A stretch of DNA of 63,990 nucleotides, the filler included, from Stramenopiles sp. TOSAG23-3 (Eukaryota), in the NCBI GenBank assembly GCA_900128585.1. It is 9 parts of 9 records of this genome, joined end to end, with 100 filler letters (N's around TTAATTAATTAA, not from the genome) between each part and the next. Parts side by side here need not be neighbours in the genome. Positions count along the whole stretch, not along the records: positions 7,195 to 14,279 come from LT643207.1; positions 14,380 to 21,462 come from LT643208.1; positions 21,563 to 28,642 come from LT643209.1; 6 more parts are not named here. One strand, written 5' to 3'. This document shows, in pieces, positions 12,035-24,372 of this stretch; within the stretch, counting starts at the first letter, position 1; the number at the start of each line of letters is the position of its first letter. The notes below the pieces were generated by a model. The model worked only from the letters and a program-made list of their open reading frames with translations. It was not told the origin of the DNA and did no database searches. The position numbers and the translations under genes are program-made.

Positions 12035-13810
12035 ATGGGTTGCAACCAGTCCACAGACACTACTCAGGCCCCGATAGAGGCTATTTCCACGACGGACCAG
12101 AAGATATCTACTGGAAACGTAAAATTGCAAGTGAAGGAGCCGTCTCTCAGTCCCTCAATTTCGAGGGAAGAAAGTTATGTAGATGTGGACGAAGATGGAA
12201 ACTCCAGCGTTGGCATTCGCGTGAGTCAAATCACACACTCGCTTCGGTCAAACGCTGCGTTTTCCCGCCGGCTCGTGCGGAACAACGCAGCAAACCAGGG
12301 TGGCGTCCAGCTCCTGGACGTGTACGCAATGGACAAAGGTGGGAAAGTGCTGGGGAAAGGCGCGACTGCGTCCGTGCGGTTGATTTACAACAAAAAAACA
12401 AAGAAGCAGTACGCGTTGAAAACCATCCAAATGTCAAAGGTACTTTCCAAACGGAAACGCGAGGCCTTTCGACGGGAGGTTGACCTTATTCGTGCCCTGG
12501 ACCACCCAAATATTATCAAAATAGTGGAAACGTTCACTGATGCCCATGGGGATTTCCACCTTGTCTTGCCGTACTGCACGGGGCGAGAACTTTTCGATTA
12601 CTTAGTATCCAGATCCCCCGCCCGTCTGCCTGAAAGCGAAGTGTGGGGTTTTGCAAAGAACATGCTTGGCGCGATCAACTATTTGAAGAAAAACCACGTC
12701 GTGCACAGGGACATCAAATTAGAAAATTACATGTTCACGTCCGAATCTGAAAATGCAAGCCTGGTGTTGGTGGACTTTGGGTTCTCCCAAAGCATGACGG
12801 CTAAAGGGAAGAAAATCAGGAAGCGTGCCGGGACGCTATACACAATGGCGCCGGAAGTCTTCAACGGGGTGGGTGCGTCGTACCCGGCGGACGTTTGGGC
12901 CGTCGGAGTTGTCGTTTTCGTTCTGCTCTTTGGCCAGTACCCGTTCGGACCAGGGAACAGCACGCGGGACGAGATGATCCTCGACATCCGGGAAAATCCC
13001 CCAGTGTTCCCCGATCACAAGGCCATCATCTCCGAAGAGCTGAGGGACCTGCTGATGAAGATATTTGATAAGAATCCGGACAAGCGCATTACCGCGGGGC
13101 AGGCGCTGAAGCACCGGTGGCTCAAGCAAGTTCCTCAGGCTACGCTGGCGGGCCACGGGAGAAGCAGCGAAGGGACGAGGCAGCAAAGGCGGCGATCTAC
13201 GTCCAGTCCCGAGGAGGAAGACCAGCGCACCCACGACGAAGCGGTGACCATCATCCACAAGATGGACCATTACCGGAGGTTTAGCGTGCTGAAAAAGATG
13301 GCGCTGCTGGCGATCGCGCAATCTTCGAACGCTGAGAAAATCAGCGAGCTGACCGATGCGTTTGCTCAGTTTGATGTCAAGCAGGACGGGACCATCACGT
13401 GGAAGGAGCTGCTGTCAGTGTTGTCGAAGAATGGTATAGTTCACAACAAAGAGGAAGAGGAGGAAATGCATTCCATTTTTAATAGCGTTGACCAAGACCA
13501 CACCGGCTACATCAAGTATACTGAGTTTGTGGCGGCGTCGATGGCGCACCGCGACTACGCGGAAGAAACGACCATTTTCGAAGCTTTTCAACGGCTTGAC
13601 CTGGACCGCTCCGGCGGCATTACCAAGAATAACCTTCTAGTACTGCTGAAGGAGCAACTCCCCGCAGAAGTACAGGACAGGAATGTGAAAGACGTTGTCA
13701 ATGAAATTTTTGAAAACAATGACCTCGATCACGACGGTGTTATTAATTTGAACGACTTTCGAGAAGTTGTTTTGAAGAGAAACCCAAGTGAAATGAGTGA
13801 CGAAGAATAA
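12035..13810 (+). CDS. CDPK: Calcium-dependent protein kinase, paralog 2
   Basis: MGC N-terminus, GKGA, HRDIKLEN, DFG, APE; EF loops DVKQDGTI, DQDHTGYI, DLDRSGGI, DLDHDGVI. Confidence 0.95.
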   Translation: MGCNQSTDTTQAPIEAISTTDQKISTGNVKLQVKEPSLSPSISREESYVDVDEDGNSSVGIRVSQITHSLRSNAAFSRRLVRNNAANQGGVQLLDVYAMDKGGKVLGKGATASVRLIYNKKTKKQYALKTIQMSKVLSKRKREAFRREVDLIRALDHPNIIKIVETFTDAHGDFHLVLPYCTGRELFDYLVSRSPARLPESEVWGFAKNMLGAINYLKKNHVVHRDIKLENYMFTSESENASLVLVDFGFSQSMTAKGKKIRKRAGTLYTMAPEVFNGVGASYPADVWAVGVVVFVLLFGQYPFGPGNSTRDEMILDIRENPPVFPDHKAIISEELRDLLMKIFDKNPDKRITAGQALKHRWLKQVPQATLAGHGRSSEGTRQQRRRSTSSPEEEDQRTHDEAVTIIHKMDHYRRFSVLKKMALLAIAQSSNAEKISELTDAFAQFDVKQDGTITWKELLSVLSKNGIVHNKEEEEEMHSIFNSVDQDHTGYIKYTEFVAASMAHRDYAEETTIFEAFQRLDLDRSGGITKNNLLVLLKEQLPAEVQDRNVKDVVNEIFENNDLDHDGVINLNDFREVVLKRNPSEMSDEE

Positions 13811-14279
13811 AATAATCGACGAGTGCCATGGAAAGTATTGGATTCCAACAGTATACTCCACTAGACACTAATAAAACAATTAGAAAAAAGCAATTAACTT
13901 CTGGCTGTTTCATACCTACCTCTATTGATTTATTACACCGCACAACAAGAAATTGCTTGCTCATATTATTCTCCTACCACCAACAATTCTTCCTTTGCAT
14001 TTTGTTTGTTTGTCTTTTTTTGTATAGCCCTAATCTTATCATGATTAATTTATATAAACACAGCATGTATTAAAATAAATTGGCATTTCTCTTCGTTATT
14101 ATAAATATATATAAATTATTTCGACACAAACTAACAACAAAAAATAAATTTTGGTAAAAGTAAAGAATATATACACAGCATTAAAAAAGCAATAAACGGA
14201 ACCAACAACAATTGTTCTTTTGCAATTGTTTTGTTTCTTTGTTTTGTTTTTCTCTTCGGTGTTTTATATCATCACAGCA

Positions 14280-14379
14280 NNNNNNNNNNNNNNNNNNNNN
14301 NNNNNNNNNNNNNNNNNNNNNNNTTAATTAATTAANNNNNNNNNNNNNNNNNNNNNNNNNNNNNNNNNNNNNNNNNNNN
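14280..14379. other. Artificial contig linker
   Basis: N44-TTAATTAATTAA-N44. Confidence 0.99.
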
Positions 14380-14796
14380 ATACAAGCGGAAGAACAAGAA
14401 AAATCGCGGCAGAACGTCTCAAAGGGAGACTCGGAGACACTGTTGCGTTGTTCAATTTGCGAACAAGAAAAGGCTGCAGCTATGTATTCGAAGTCACAAG
14501 CGAACAACATAAGACACGGAAGAAACGGAAAGTGCAAAGCATGTGTAAATAAATTAGAAGAGGACGAGATGAACAAAAACGAGACCAGCAAGCAAGCAAA
14601 ACACACGACAATGCGGGAAAATGCGCGAGGAAAGAAAGGTGTGGCCGGGCGTCTCGCGCTGGCATGTGCAGAGTCTGCTATGGAGGGAGAAGCTATAACA
14701 GGCTTGAAGGCCGTCAGGATTGGAAGTGGTAGAGGGCGTGGACGAGGCAGCTGGAGAGCCCGCTCTCGGGGAGGGCGGACGGGTAGTCGTCGATAA
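14380..14796 (+). CDS. 3' fragment: C4 zinc finger (Stc1-like) with RG/RGG-rich tail
   Basis: Frame open from the contig start; CSIC..YSKSQ..KCKAC; tail GRGRGRG..RGGR. Confidence 0.6.
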   Translation: MQAEEQEKSRQNVSKGDSETLLRCSICEQEKAAAMYSKSQANNIRHGRNGKCKACVNKLEEDEMNKNETSKQAKHTTMRENARGKKGVAGRLALACAESAMEGEAITGLKAVRIGSGRGRGRGSWRARSRGGRTGSRR

Positions 14797-15105
14797 GAAT
14801 GCAACCAATTTTTACGAGTTTAATATGTGCGGTCATTTAGACTTACCTTTTTATGCATTTTGGATTTTTTAAAGATAAATTTTCGGTTTCCCCCAATACG
14901 TTGGTCTAGTTTCGATTTTCGAAAAAAAAAGTAGTTTTCGATTTTTAATCACATGTGGAATAAAGTTTTAATACTACCGCCCTCATTTTCAGTGTTTTAA
15001 TAAATTTTGAGACGTTTTATAAAATTAAAAATTGTACTGCTGCATTTTGGTAATTTTTAAAGATACGATTTTAATCTCGTTCTCATCATAGCTTAGTAGG
15101 GTTAA

Positions 15106-16380
15106 TTAATCACTCTTAAGGCTGTTGAGGTATTTTGCATTTTGGCCCTGGAGATTAAGCGCGGTTGGCTTTTGAACGTCCATAAACAAATCGTCATCAC
15201 TGTGCATCTCAATACTTTTAATAAATTTCAAAGTGTTGAGCTCTTCACCGGTAAGGGCCAAGTCTGTTGCCATGTTTTTGTATGCTTCTTCTAATGCCGC
15301 AGTCTGATTCAAATAGGCGTCCGTCTTGGCTTTTGCTACAATAATGTCGGCATTTTTCTGGGCCGTTGCCCGGATTTCCGCCATTGCCTGCATGTGCTGT
15401 GCCTCTAGCACGCTCGTGCTCGATTCAATGGCATTTACAAGCTGGATGGTTTCCTGCCGGTATGTTACGATTGCATTATTTTTGATTGCCACCAGATTAT
15501 CTGTTTCGGAACGGAAATTTGTCGCATTTGCCGTTGCAGCGGCCTTTATCTCGGAAACCAAAAGGTTTGTAGTGGCCTTGACACCAACAAGCTCAACCTC
15601 TTTTTGGCTTTTTAAATTGGCGTTCTTCTGCGTTTCAACAGCAACATACGCAGTTCGTTCTTCTCGTAGTTTGCTGATGTTTGTGTTTGTAACTTCAGTG
15701 ATTACCTGCAATTTGCTCTCTTCAGCGATTTTTTCTTGGTCTTTAACGGTCTTAATTTGGTTTAAAATGTCCTCGTTTTTATCTCTCCCGTTGGTAACTT
15801 CGAAATCAACCCCCAGAAGATAAAACCCTATCATTTCGATCACAGGCACGCCTTTGACAACCCCGTCTTTGAAGTACTTTCTCATAGCAGTGTCAAACGC
15901 TTTTTCAATAACAATGCGCTGGCTGTCCTTGACATAATCGAGGGCTCTGAATTGAGCCCCTTCGTTACGCAATAGAGACCGCGTGTTACTTTGGATGGAT
16001 GTCTTCCAATTAAAACCATGTTCTTTATACAACTCCGCAAGGTTCTCCTCTTTTAACCTGTACGAGAATGATATCTGGAGAAGAACACTGGCAGCGTCCG
16101 AAGCAGTTAATCTCAAGACCTTTTCGTCCGAGTCACTGCCATAAGACTCCATGAAGTTAATTGTTTCTACAGACCTCGGAAAAAGGTACACTTGCTTTCC
16201 CAGGGAATTTCCATATGCACCTGACTTCAATGGGGTAGGATCAATCTCTTTCGATATTGAATCTACCTTTAAACCCCAATGCTCGATAGGAACATATACG
16301 AAACTGCTTGCAATGAGGATTATGCTGGTAATAGTGATAATACCGCAACAGCAACAGCCGAGTTTTAGTTTCTCGCTCAT
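15106..16380 (-). CDS. SPFH/band-7 family membrane protein with coiled-coil tail
   Basis: N-terminal CCCC plus TM helix, SSFVYVPIEHWGL, FPRSVETINF, LQISFSYRL; Ala/Glu/Lys-rich C-terminus. Confidence 0.75.
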   Translation of the reverse strand: MSEKLKLGCCCCGIITITSIILIASSFVYVPIEHWGLKVDSISKEIDPTPLKSGAYGNSLGKQVYLFPRSVETINFMESYGSDSDEKVLRLTASDAASVLLQISFSYRLKEENLAELYKEHGFNWKTSIQSNTRSLLRNEGAQFRALDYVKDSQRIVIEKAFDTAMRKYFKDGVVKGVPVIEMIGFYLLGVDFEVTNGRDKNEDILNQIKTVKDQEKIAEESKLQVITEVTNTNISKLREERTAYVAVETQKNANLKSQKEVELVGVKATTNLLVSEIKAAATANATNFRSETDNLVAIKNNAIVTYRQETIQLVNAIESSTSVLEAQHMQAMAEIRATAQKNADIIVAKAKTDAYLNQTAALEEAYKNMATDLALTGEELNTLKFIKSIEMHSDDDLFMDVQKPTALNLQGQNAKYLNSLKSD

Positions 16381-17560
16381 GATGACAAAACGGGGATGGT
16401 CTTCAGGATACTTCTACGACAATTTGTTGATGAACTTGAGAAAATTCCGACGGAGATATGAAAAAAATAATGGAAGGAAACCCTTCCGAAGAGTAAGTTG
16501 CCAGCCCCGCACAGATAATTAGTAAATACATCTCACCACGTCCAGAGGTTTGTTTCCTCGTAATTGTGCCTCCTCTATCTCAGCTGTATCTTCGGAATAT
16601 CGGATCGTTACGTTTCTTACAAGTTAAGGTACAACCAAAGAAGTAAATTTATATTGAATATAGAATAAAAATACCAACCAACAGAATAGCAACAATGCGA
16701 TGTACATTATAGTTTTTGGGAACAAAAAAGGTTTTTATTTTAGAAGAACTTATGAAGGTTGGTTTCAAACAGGTGTTGCAATAAAAAATAAATGAGCATG
16801 TAAGAAAGAAAGTACATTTCTTTGAATAGTTTTCCACTCCAACTTCGATCTTTTGTCCCCCTTTCCCCTTCTTCAGTTTCTTCCTTCCTACCGTACCTGG
16901 GGTACCGTACCCCACGAACGTAATACAACACGACTTGATAGAACTATAATGTACTGCTCTTCTGCTTCTTCATCATCTGGATTTTGGATTCTTCATTTTT
17001 TCTTTCTTCTTCTATTTATAAAATTTCGTACTTGAATATATACAGACGTAATATACGAACAGTAGAGGAAATAATTACTATTTATCATCTTATACTAAAT
17101 AAATTAATAACTACAAAGTGTTTTGTGGTGAAGGACAGAGTCAGAAAGAGTTAGAGTTAAAAAGGGAGCAGTGAGCAGGGAGGCATCAGCAAGAAAGTAT
17201 CGATCGCTTCCTTGCTGTTGCACCTTTATTACACGGTACCATCGCACAGCAAGGTAATAAAAAATGCCGACGACGTGATGATGAAGAAGTCAAAAAAAAA
17301 TAATAAAAAAAAAAGAAAAAAAGAGAAGAAGGAGAAGAAGAAGAAGAAGACGACGACAACAAGAAAAAAAGAAGAAAATCAAAAAAATTCTGTAATAAAT
17401 AATAGACTTGTTTGGAAGTGTGATATAGATATGTAATGTAAATTCTATGTGGTAACGCAAACAAACAAATTGGAATCATCGTGAAGTCGTTTGAATATAG
17501 AATACAGTACTCTGTCGGTTTCGCAACAGTAAGCAAAGTAAAAGCTAGACAACAGAAAAA

Positions 17561-18253
17561 ATGTCGTCCGATAGTTCTGAAGGATCGTCCTCAGGAAGTA
17601 GTAGTAGTGGCAGTGAATCCCGCGAAGACCCTCGCCTAAGCGACGCAGAAGGCGGGGAAGATGCAGGCATGGGTGGCATGGGCGGTGGGGCCGGGTTTGC
17701 CGATGCTCTTCAAAAAATTTTGACCAAATCTGTGAAAGGGCAAGATGTTGTCTTGGCGAAGAGGAAAACGCCAAACATGAAGAAAATAGAGCAGGAAAAG
17801 GAGGTCGAGAGGGCACAGAAGCGCGCTCGTAAAGAGAAGCAAGAAAGGGACCGCATGTGCATGGTATTGCCTTCTGAAGAAACGAGGGAATTCGAGAAAA
17901 ATCTTCGCAAAATCGCAACCAAGGGTGTAGTCGCTTTTTTTAACACCATAAACGAGGCCCAAAACCCAAAGAAAAAGAAAGGGGAAGACGGCAGCAGTAC
18001 GAAGCCTGTCTCGAAAGAGAAATTTTTTGATATGATACAAAACAAAACGTCTGGAAAGCCTTCGTCGTCTTCGTCGTCTTCGTCGAAGGGTAGTGCCAAG
18101 AAGACAGAGGCGCAGGGATCTGGAAGTGGTCATGGTAGTAATTGGCTCAATGATAATTACATGATGGGAGCAAAGATGAAAAATTGGGATGAGGAAGATT
18201 CAGAGAACGACAGTGTCAGCGAATTAGAGGTGGAGGACGAAGATGAGGATTGA
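17561..18253 (+). CDS. RRP15: Ribosome biogenesis protein RRP15
   Basis: FADALQKIL, VLAKRK, EKNLRKIATKGVVAFFNTI, SKEKFFDMI, WLNDNYMMGAKMKNWDEE. Confidence 0.9.
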   Translation: MSSDSSEGSSSGSSSSGSESREDPRLSDAEGGEDAGMGGMGGGAGFADALQKILTKSVKGQDVVLAKRKTPNMKKIEQEKEVERAQKRARKEKQERDRMCMVLPSEETREFEKNLRKIATKGVVAFFNTINEAQNPKKKKGEDGSSTKPVSKEKFFDMIQNKTSGKPSSSSSSSSKGSAKKTEAQGSGSGHGSNWLNDNYMMGAKMKNWDEEDSENDSVSELEVEDEDED

Positions 18254-18424
18254 CCTGACTTAGTCACTCAACTTTTATGTTCTGTATCCCCTTGAGTAAA
18301 ATGCTGCTGCATAAAAAAAGTGCGTAAATTCTTCATTTTTTGCTTTTCGAATCAGCTCCTTATTTGTACAAGAGATATTTAAAAATTAAGAAGGTTTTTT
18401 AATCAATTTAAACGACTTTTAAGA

Positions 18425-21400
18425 TTAAGTCAAATTACCGTTGTAAATTGTTCTCTCCGTTGGGTGAATCCACTTTGAATGCATTGTCATCAGGTGGTCG
18501 GACACGATGGCTATCATCTCGGTGTGGGCAGCTTCAAACTCCGTCAACAGGATCGCTTCTGGGACATCGACAGCTTTATAGTCGATTTCACTTAGGCGGG
18601 CTCGCATCACTTTCTGGCAAATTTTTAGGTATCGCTGCGCAATTGACTTTTCGGCATTCGTCAGCTCTCCAATGCGCAGCCTTCTAGTGGCTTTTCGGGC
18701 CCATTGCTTAAGTTTGACTACCAATCGCATACTAAATTTACCAGCGTATGCTTTTTTTCGCTTGTTTGTCACAAAATTCAAACTTGTTCGTGTTTTTCTG
18801 CGAGTTTTGACGGCCGCCCACTCGTGTACGAATATTTCGTAGAAAGAGTTACCCACAATGGTCAATGGCATCGATAAATAAAACGAGCCGAAGATTGCGG
18901 CACAAATTGCGGTTACCTGGCCGCCAAAAGTGTAAGGGTACTTTCCACCGTATCCTACTGTGGTCATAGTAATGAGCATCGTCCACACACAATCCGCCAT
19001 ATTCTCAACTGCTGGATTTAAAAATGTTGTGGAATCGAAATTTCCTAAAAGGCGAAGCTTGCAAGATCCGTTCAAAAGATTGTTAGCCTCTTTGGTGCAT
19101 TTTACGCATTCTTCCACGAGAAGACTATCATCCTTACATATGTAAAGATCCCCCCTCTCAAACGTGTAGAACATGCCAGCAAACAAAAGAACAAAGATGA
19201 GAAAAAACATAAGCGGGATCAGAAGTTTTTTGTACACCTTTTTCACTGTTTTAATAATAACCTTCAGCCCAACGAAGTGCCGTTGCATAGAAATGAAGCG
19301 AAGAAATACCGCAATTCTTGATATTCGAACTGCGGCGGGGTCAGAAAAGGGGCCGTTGCCCCAAATCTCGAACTTTGACTCACCCCATGTAGCGGGAATC
19401 ACTATCACTTCAATGATACACACCAGCGCAGTTACAATGTCCAGAATATTTGTTTTGTTCGAGAAGAAATGCTTCGGCGTTCTCATTAAGGCAATGCGGA
19501 TAACCATTTCTACGAAAAATAGTACTGCAAACACTATCTCGAGGGCTAGCCATAGTTCAGAATGGTCTGCGGCTCCAGGAATATTGTTGTTGCATTGCTC
19601 TCGCTCACAAATCGGAATTAGCTTCAAGCTCTGATAAAAATATTCGTCGTCAAATACGTTTTTGGAGGTGGTTTCATTTTCTGGAGCGCATGTCATGAAA
19701 GCGTTCTTATTTGGAAATCCACACTGAGAAAACGTCAGATGCGTCAAACCCCTGCACCCGGGGTACTCATCGACGATGCCATCAAGGCCCGTGTAAGTGT
19801 GCTTAAAGCAAGCTTTGTTGTTCTTCCTTACTTCTGGGGTATCTTTAAGTTTGTTGCAATAACTGTTAATAATTTGCTTGCAGAGGCGACGATCTTCTCC
19901 ATAGTCGTTGTAAGTAGATTGGGATTGGACCGTCAAAAGCAGCAAACTCAAAAAAATAACGAACATTTTCACGTAATTGAAAGTCGAGGCGTTTCTTGAA
20001 GAATTTGGAACTTCGAACAGTAGCCACAGCCGATCCGAAAGCTTATTCTCCAATTTTGCGCGCTGCTCAAATTTGAACGTCTGCATATTATAATCTTCGC
20101 CTTTTTTCTTCAAATGCTCCAAATTGACCTTTCCCAAAGGAAGCACGGACCCTTTCAACGTTTTCGTTAACTTTTTCGTGGAGTTTCTGAAGCTAAATTT
20201 CTTCTTCTTTGACGTTTCCACATCCTTCGGTAATTCAACGTGAAAGCATTTTTTCATATCTTCGCAGTATCGTGCAAGCATCTTTTTTAAACTAACGAGA
20301 ATAAAACTGGTGCCGCCATGCGATGATACTTTCCCACTCTTTAATACGCGCAGGTTAGAAAATATTTTAAGGCCCAACCGGTTCATTCGCGCGTTGCGCT
20401 CTGCGGGGGCCGAGTTGTCCATGTGAGAACGTACTCTCTGTTGCAGTTCTCTACCTTCTCGGCGTTGTAATTTCCACAGTTCACGCTCTTGGTAGGCTTC
20501 CTCAAACTTCGTCCCGATTATTGCAAGGGGCATCGCCATGTAGAATGACCCAATGATAGCAACTATGACAGCAAGAGCTTTGCCCCACGTGGAGACCGGA
20601 ATCTGATCTCCGTATCCAACTGTCGTGATTGTGATAAGTAAAAAGTAAGTAGATTGCATCAAGTCAGGAAATTCACAAGAATTATCCCTCGCGTTTACAT
20701 TGTTTCCATAGCATGGCTCAAATAGAAACAGTACAAATCCCAACGTGAGGCACATTGTAAACAGGAAGAGAAGCTGGATGACGATGGCTTCGTAACTCCT
20801 GTTCAGGGTAACTAGCAGAACTTTCGTTCCGTCAAACTGCCGACTAATCTTGAAGATACGGCAAATTCGGAACAAATTAAAAAAGTTAAGCAGTGCAGTG
20901 AAGTCCCCCAAGCCTGCAGCGTCTGCAATCAGTTCGAGGGGGTACGGCAAAACAGACAGAATATCAAGCCAGAACAGGACATCCAGGGCCATCGGGGTTC
21001 CCTCCTGAAAATCTGCTCTACCGAAGCAGCATTTTACATCTGCTACAGCAAACCGCACACCGATATCTATAATGAACACGGTCGTGAATATAGCTTCTAG
21101 AATATTGAATTGTTCTGGCGTTAGGTTGCCCTCCGCTTGTAAGCCTGCCCCGTTTTCGGTCTGTAGGATGAAACAGAGTATACTCATCAAGATAAAGCCC
21201 GAAAATAGCCCATGGAATATTAGGGCTCGTTTCGAAAAGCCTGGGTCTTCACAGAAATCCCTTATTATAGTTCGTTGCGTCACCTTTTCTCGGTAGAACT
21301 CATTCGACGTCTTCCTTCGTCGGTATTGTACCGAGCCTATCTCATGCGCAGCCGTCTCGGACGGCCTGGGACCCGATTTTTTGCTGCCATCCGGCTGCAA

Positions 21401-21462
21401 AGCCTTAGCACCGGCGCCACTGTCACCGTCACTTATAGATGTACCCGATGGTGTATTTACTT
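18425..21462 (-). CDS. K+ channel with two tandem 6TM Kv-like domains; 5' end truncated
   Basis: Filters TTVGYGD and TTVGYGG, each preceded by S1-S4 and followed by S6 (MAMPLAIIG, LSMPLTIVG); frame open to the contig end. Confidence 0.9.
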
Positions 21463-21562
21463 NNNNNNNNNNNNNNNNNNNNNNNNNNNNNNNNNNNNNN
21501 NNNNNNTTAATTAATTAANNNNNNNNNNNNNNNNNNNNNNNNNNNNNNNNNNNNNNNNNNNN
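21463..21562. other. Artificial contig linker
   Basis: N44-TTAATTAATTAA-N44. Confidence 0.99.
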
Positions 21563-22912
21563 CATTTTTACAAGATGCTTGTTCTTCGTTGATAAATCCC
21601 AGTCGCATTGAGGAGATGAAATAAAATCACTCAAATCAAATGTAAATAAGCTCAAAAAGGATTGTATGGCATTGCGTATTTCAGGCGGTAAATGTATGAA
21701 TGATATTTTTGGAAGTGTAAAGCTAAATACCAAACAATGTTTTGCTACTATGGAAGCCGTTGTTTGAATTGACGCTTGAATACGAGTTGACCTAATGACC
21801 GACTTTTGAATTCCGCGTTGAATTTTACGTATAGTTTTTTGACGCTTTGGTTTATCTTTATCGTCATCCTCATCGTCACTGTCCATGTCCTCTTCCTCTG
21901 GAAAATCTTCCTTCAACAATCTATACACGATATAAGCACAAACGACTAGAACGAGAAATGCAAGTATCCATTGACCATAAGATGATTTCGGGCAATGAAC
22001 ACATGCATCTCCATTAAGACTGTAAAACTTTTTCGCACATGTGCCACAGCCTAAACCTCCATGATTCTCTGCACAATATTTTCCGCCTAAACAATATTTT
22101 GGTTTTGAGCAACGAATACAAACCATTTTTTCATCATTAGTTACACTGGTCATATACGTTGTCGGGCCACAACATGCCGCAGCACCTTCAGTTGGGTTCA
22201 CAGGGCAATACTTGCAATCGCCTCCTAGTCCTTGCTGATCATTAAATGTGTATTTTGGACAATTGATACATGACGTTACACTCGTCTGGTTTTGTAATTT
22301 CTGATATTCCCCTCTGTGACAAAGTTTACATTCTTTTTCGCCACTTGAAGGTTGATATTTTCCTGGTTCACAGCCCTTACAAGTGGAAAGACCTGGAACA
22401 TTACTATATTTGCCTTTTTCGCATTTCAAACATGTAGCATTTATTCCGCCGCTTGAAGACCGTCCGATTGGGCAGGGTTGACAAGTATATTTTGAACAGA
22501 CACAATTGCACTTAAAGCTACTAAAAAGTGTTTTCCAAACTGTCCTCTTGCATTTACCATGACGACCGCGAGCGCAATTGGCCTGGCTGCCAGTTGCCAC
22601 AGAACCCTTTGCTCCACAATTTTTTTTTTGTGCAATCGCGTTTCCGGGATGAAACCAGTACCCCTGAAGTGTGTTCTCCCTGTTCTGTTCTTTGACGAAT
22701 CTGGATTTACCTAACCACTCAGTGGAATACAAGTTAGCTGCAGTTCTACATTCACTTTCTGTTTTTATTGGCAAATCACAATCACCTTCAGAACGAACAT
22801 CATAATAAACACCATAACCAGGCTGACAAGTGACTGGGGCTGGCAACCCATCACAACTAATAATGGTAGTTATGGCAGCAGTGAACAAAATACAAATTAC
22901 CTTTTGCAACAT
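21563..22912 (-). CDS. Cys-rich (GCC2/ephrin-receptor-like repeats) membrane protein; 3' end truncated
   Basis: Signal peptide; repeats C..C..GKY....G...C; TM WILAFLVLVVCAYIVY; further hydrophobic segments. Confidence 0.8.
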
Positions 22913-24372
22913 TATCTTCCCGACTATTTAAGCGTATTATTATTGTTTAGACAACAAACAAAACACTATCGCGCAATGATGGTCGTGTTACAGTCGGAAT
23001 ATCTCCTACGTATGTTGGTCGTAACTTTTGGGTGGACGACAACTCAACTGTTTTTTCAATATCGATACCAAAGAAAAAAAGCAAACGATACCAAATTGAT
23101 TTTTAACGAGACCTTTTGAGTCTATGACAACGAACGTAGAACTTTGTATCGATAAACAGCCTTCTTTTTATGTGAGCCAGCTTTTCTCTACAGTTGTTCA
23201 CGCTTCACAAACCTTACCTGAATACGATTCCCAACTGCGCGCAGGTCTTGCAGGTTTGCACAAAACAAAGTTGTTCAACGAAACAATAAACAATACCAAC
23301 GAATACTGCACCGAATCTATATTTTATGCTATATTGCAATCAATATATCTCGTTTCAATCAATCTTGCCTGCTTTGTAAACGTTCCGTTAGATATTCAGC
23401 ACACCGCTTCAACAAGGGCAGTTCAAAAGAGTTCAGCGGCTGAGACACAAGAAAAAAAAGCCCCAAGTGACGATCGTAACTCGTTCAGCAGGTATCTTAC
23501 TCGGTAAAGAATATTTTCAACCGGGGCGAGAGTAAGCACGCGAGGGTAAATTTACAGTCGAATAGACGAATGTTGCGGGTGTTTCAGCGTTTATTTCAAA
23601 CCGTCGAACACAGCAGGTAAAACAAAAAACTAATCCCTTTTATACACACCAACCTCCCCCATTTTTTCCTCAACTTAGAAGGAATGACTCGACTCTTCTT
23701 TTCTTCTTTCCTCATCCAATGGTATTCCCATCTACGCTAGTATCCTCCGCCGTATAGGAAAGATTCCATACTTGTTTGGGGATTTGGAATACCTGGGAGA
23801 AGGGCATTTAAATAGATAACAGGTGCAATTTTTTTGAATAGGTTGCGTAGTTATAATAATAAAATGGTATTCTTCCAATAGATTCTCTTACTATTGTCAA
23901 GAATGTTATTAATTCATTGGGCTTTCTGTAATATGACGAAGCAGGTCTTATAAAATAGAATTAGTAAATGAAATCCATTGAAGAAAAAGACTAACGCAAC
24001 TATAGGGAATTCTATAGTAATAATAAATTCTATAATTTTTTCGATAATATTGTAGTATAATAAATACCGGTAATTATTGGCACTTTCTATAATTGTAGGT
24101 CTTATAAAATAGAATTATAGTAAAATAATAAATATATTTTATTATTATTTTAATAATAAAAAAAAAAAAAGAAAAAAAAAGAAGAAGAAGAATTATTCTT
24201 CTAAATAAAATAAGTCACTTCCATCACTCTGAATGAAGAGTAAACAAAATTTTGAAAACGGCACAACAACGGGGTTCCATTGACAGATTTGTTTTTTGTG
24301 TATGCACTTACGACAAGAACGAAATTATAAATTACGTACGTGGGTACTTATACATAACATATACACAAAAAA

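Noticed and set aside
23124-23507. 127-aa ORF (and 29515-29967)
   Set aside because: No recognisable motif; cannot be supported as genes.
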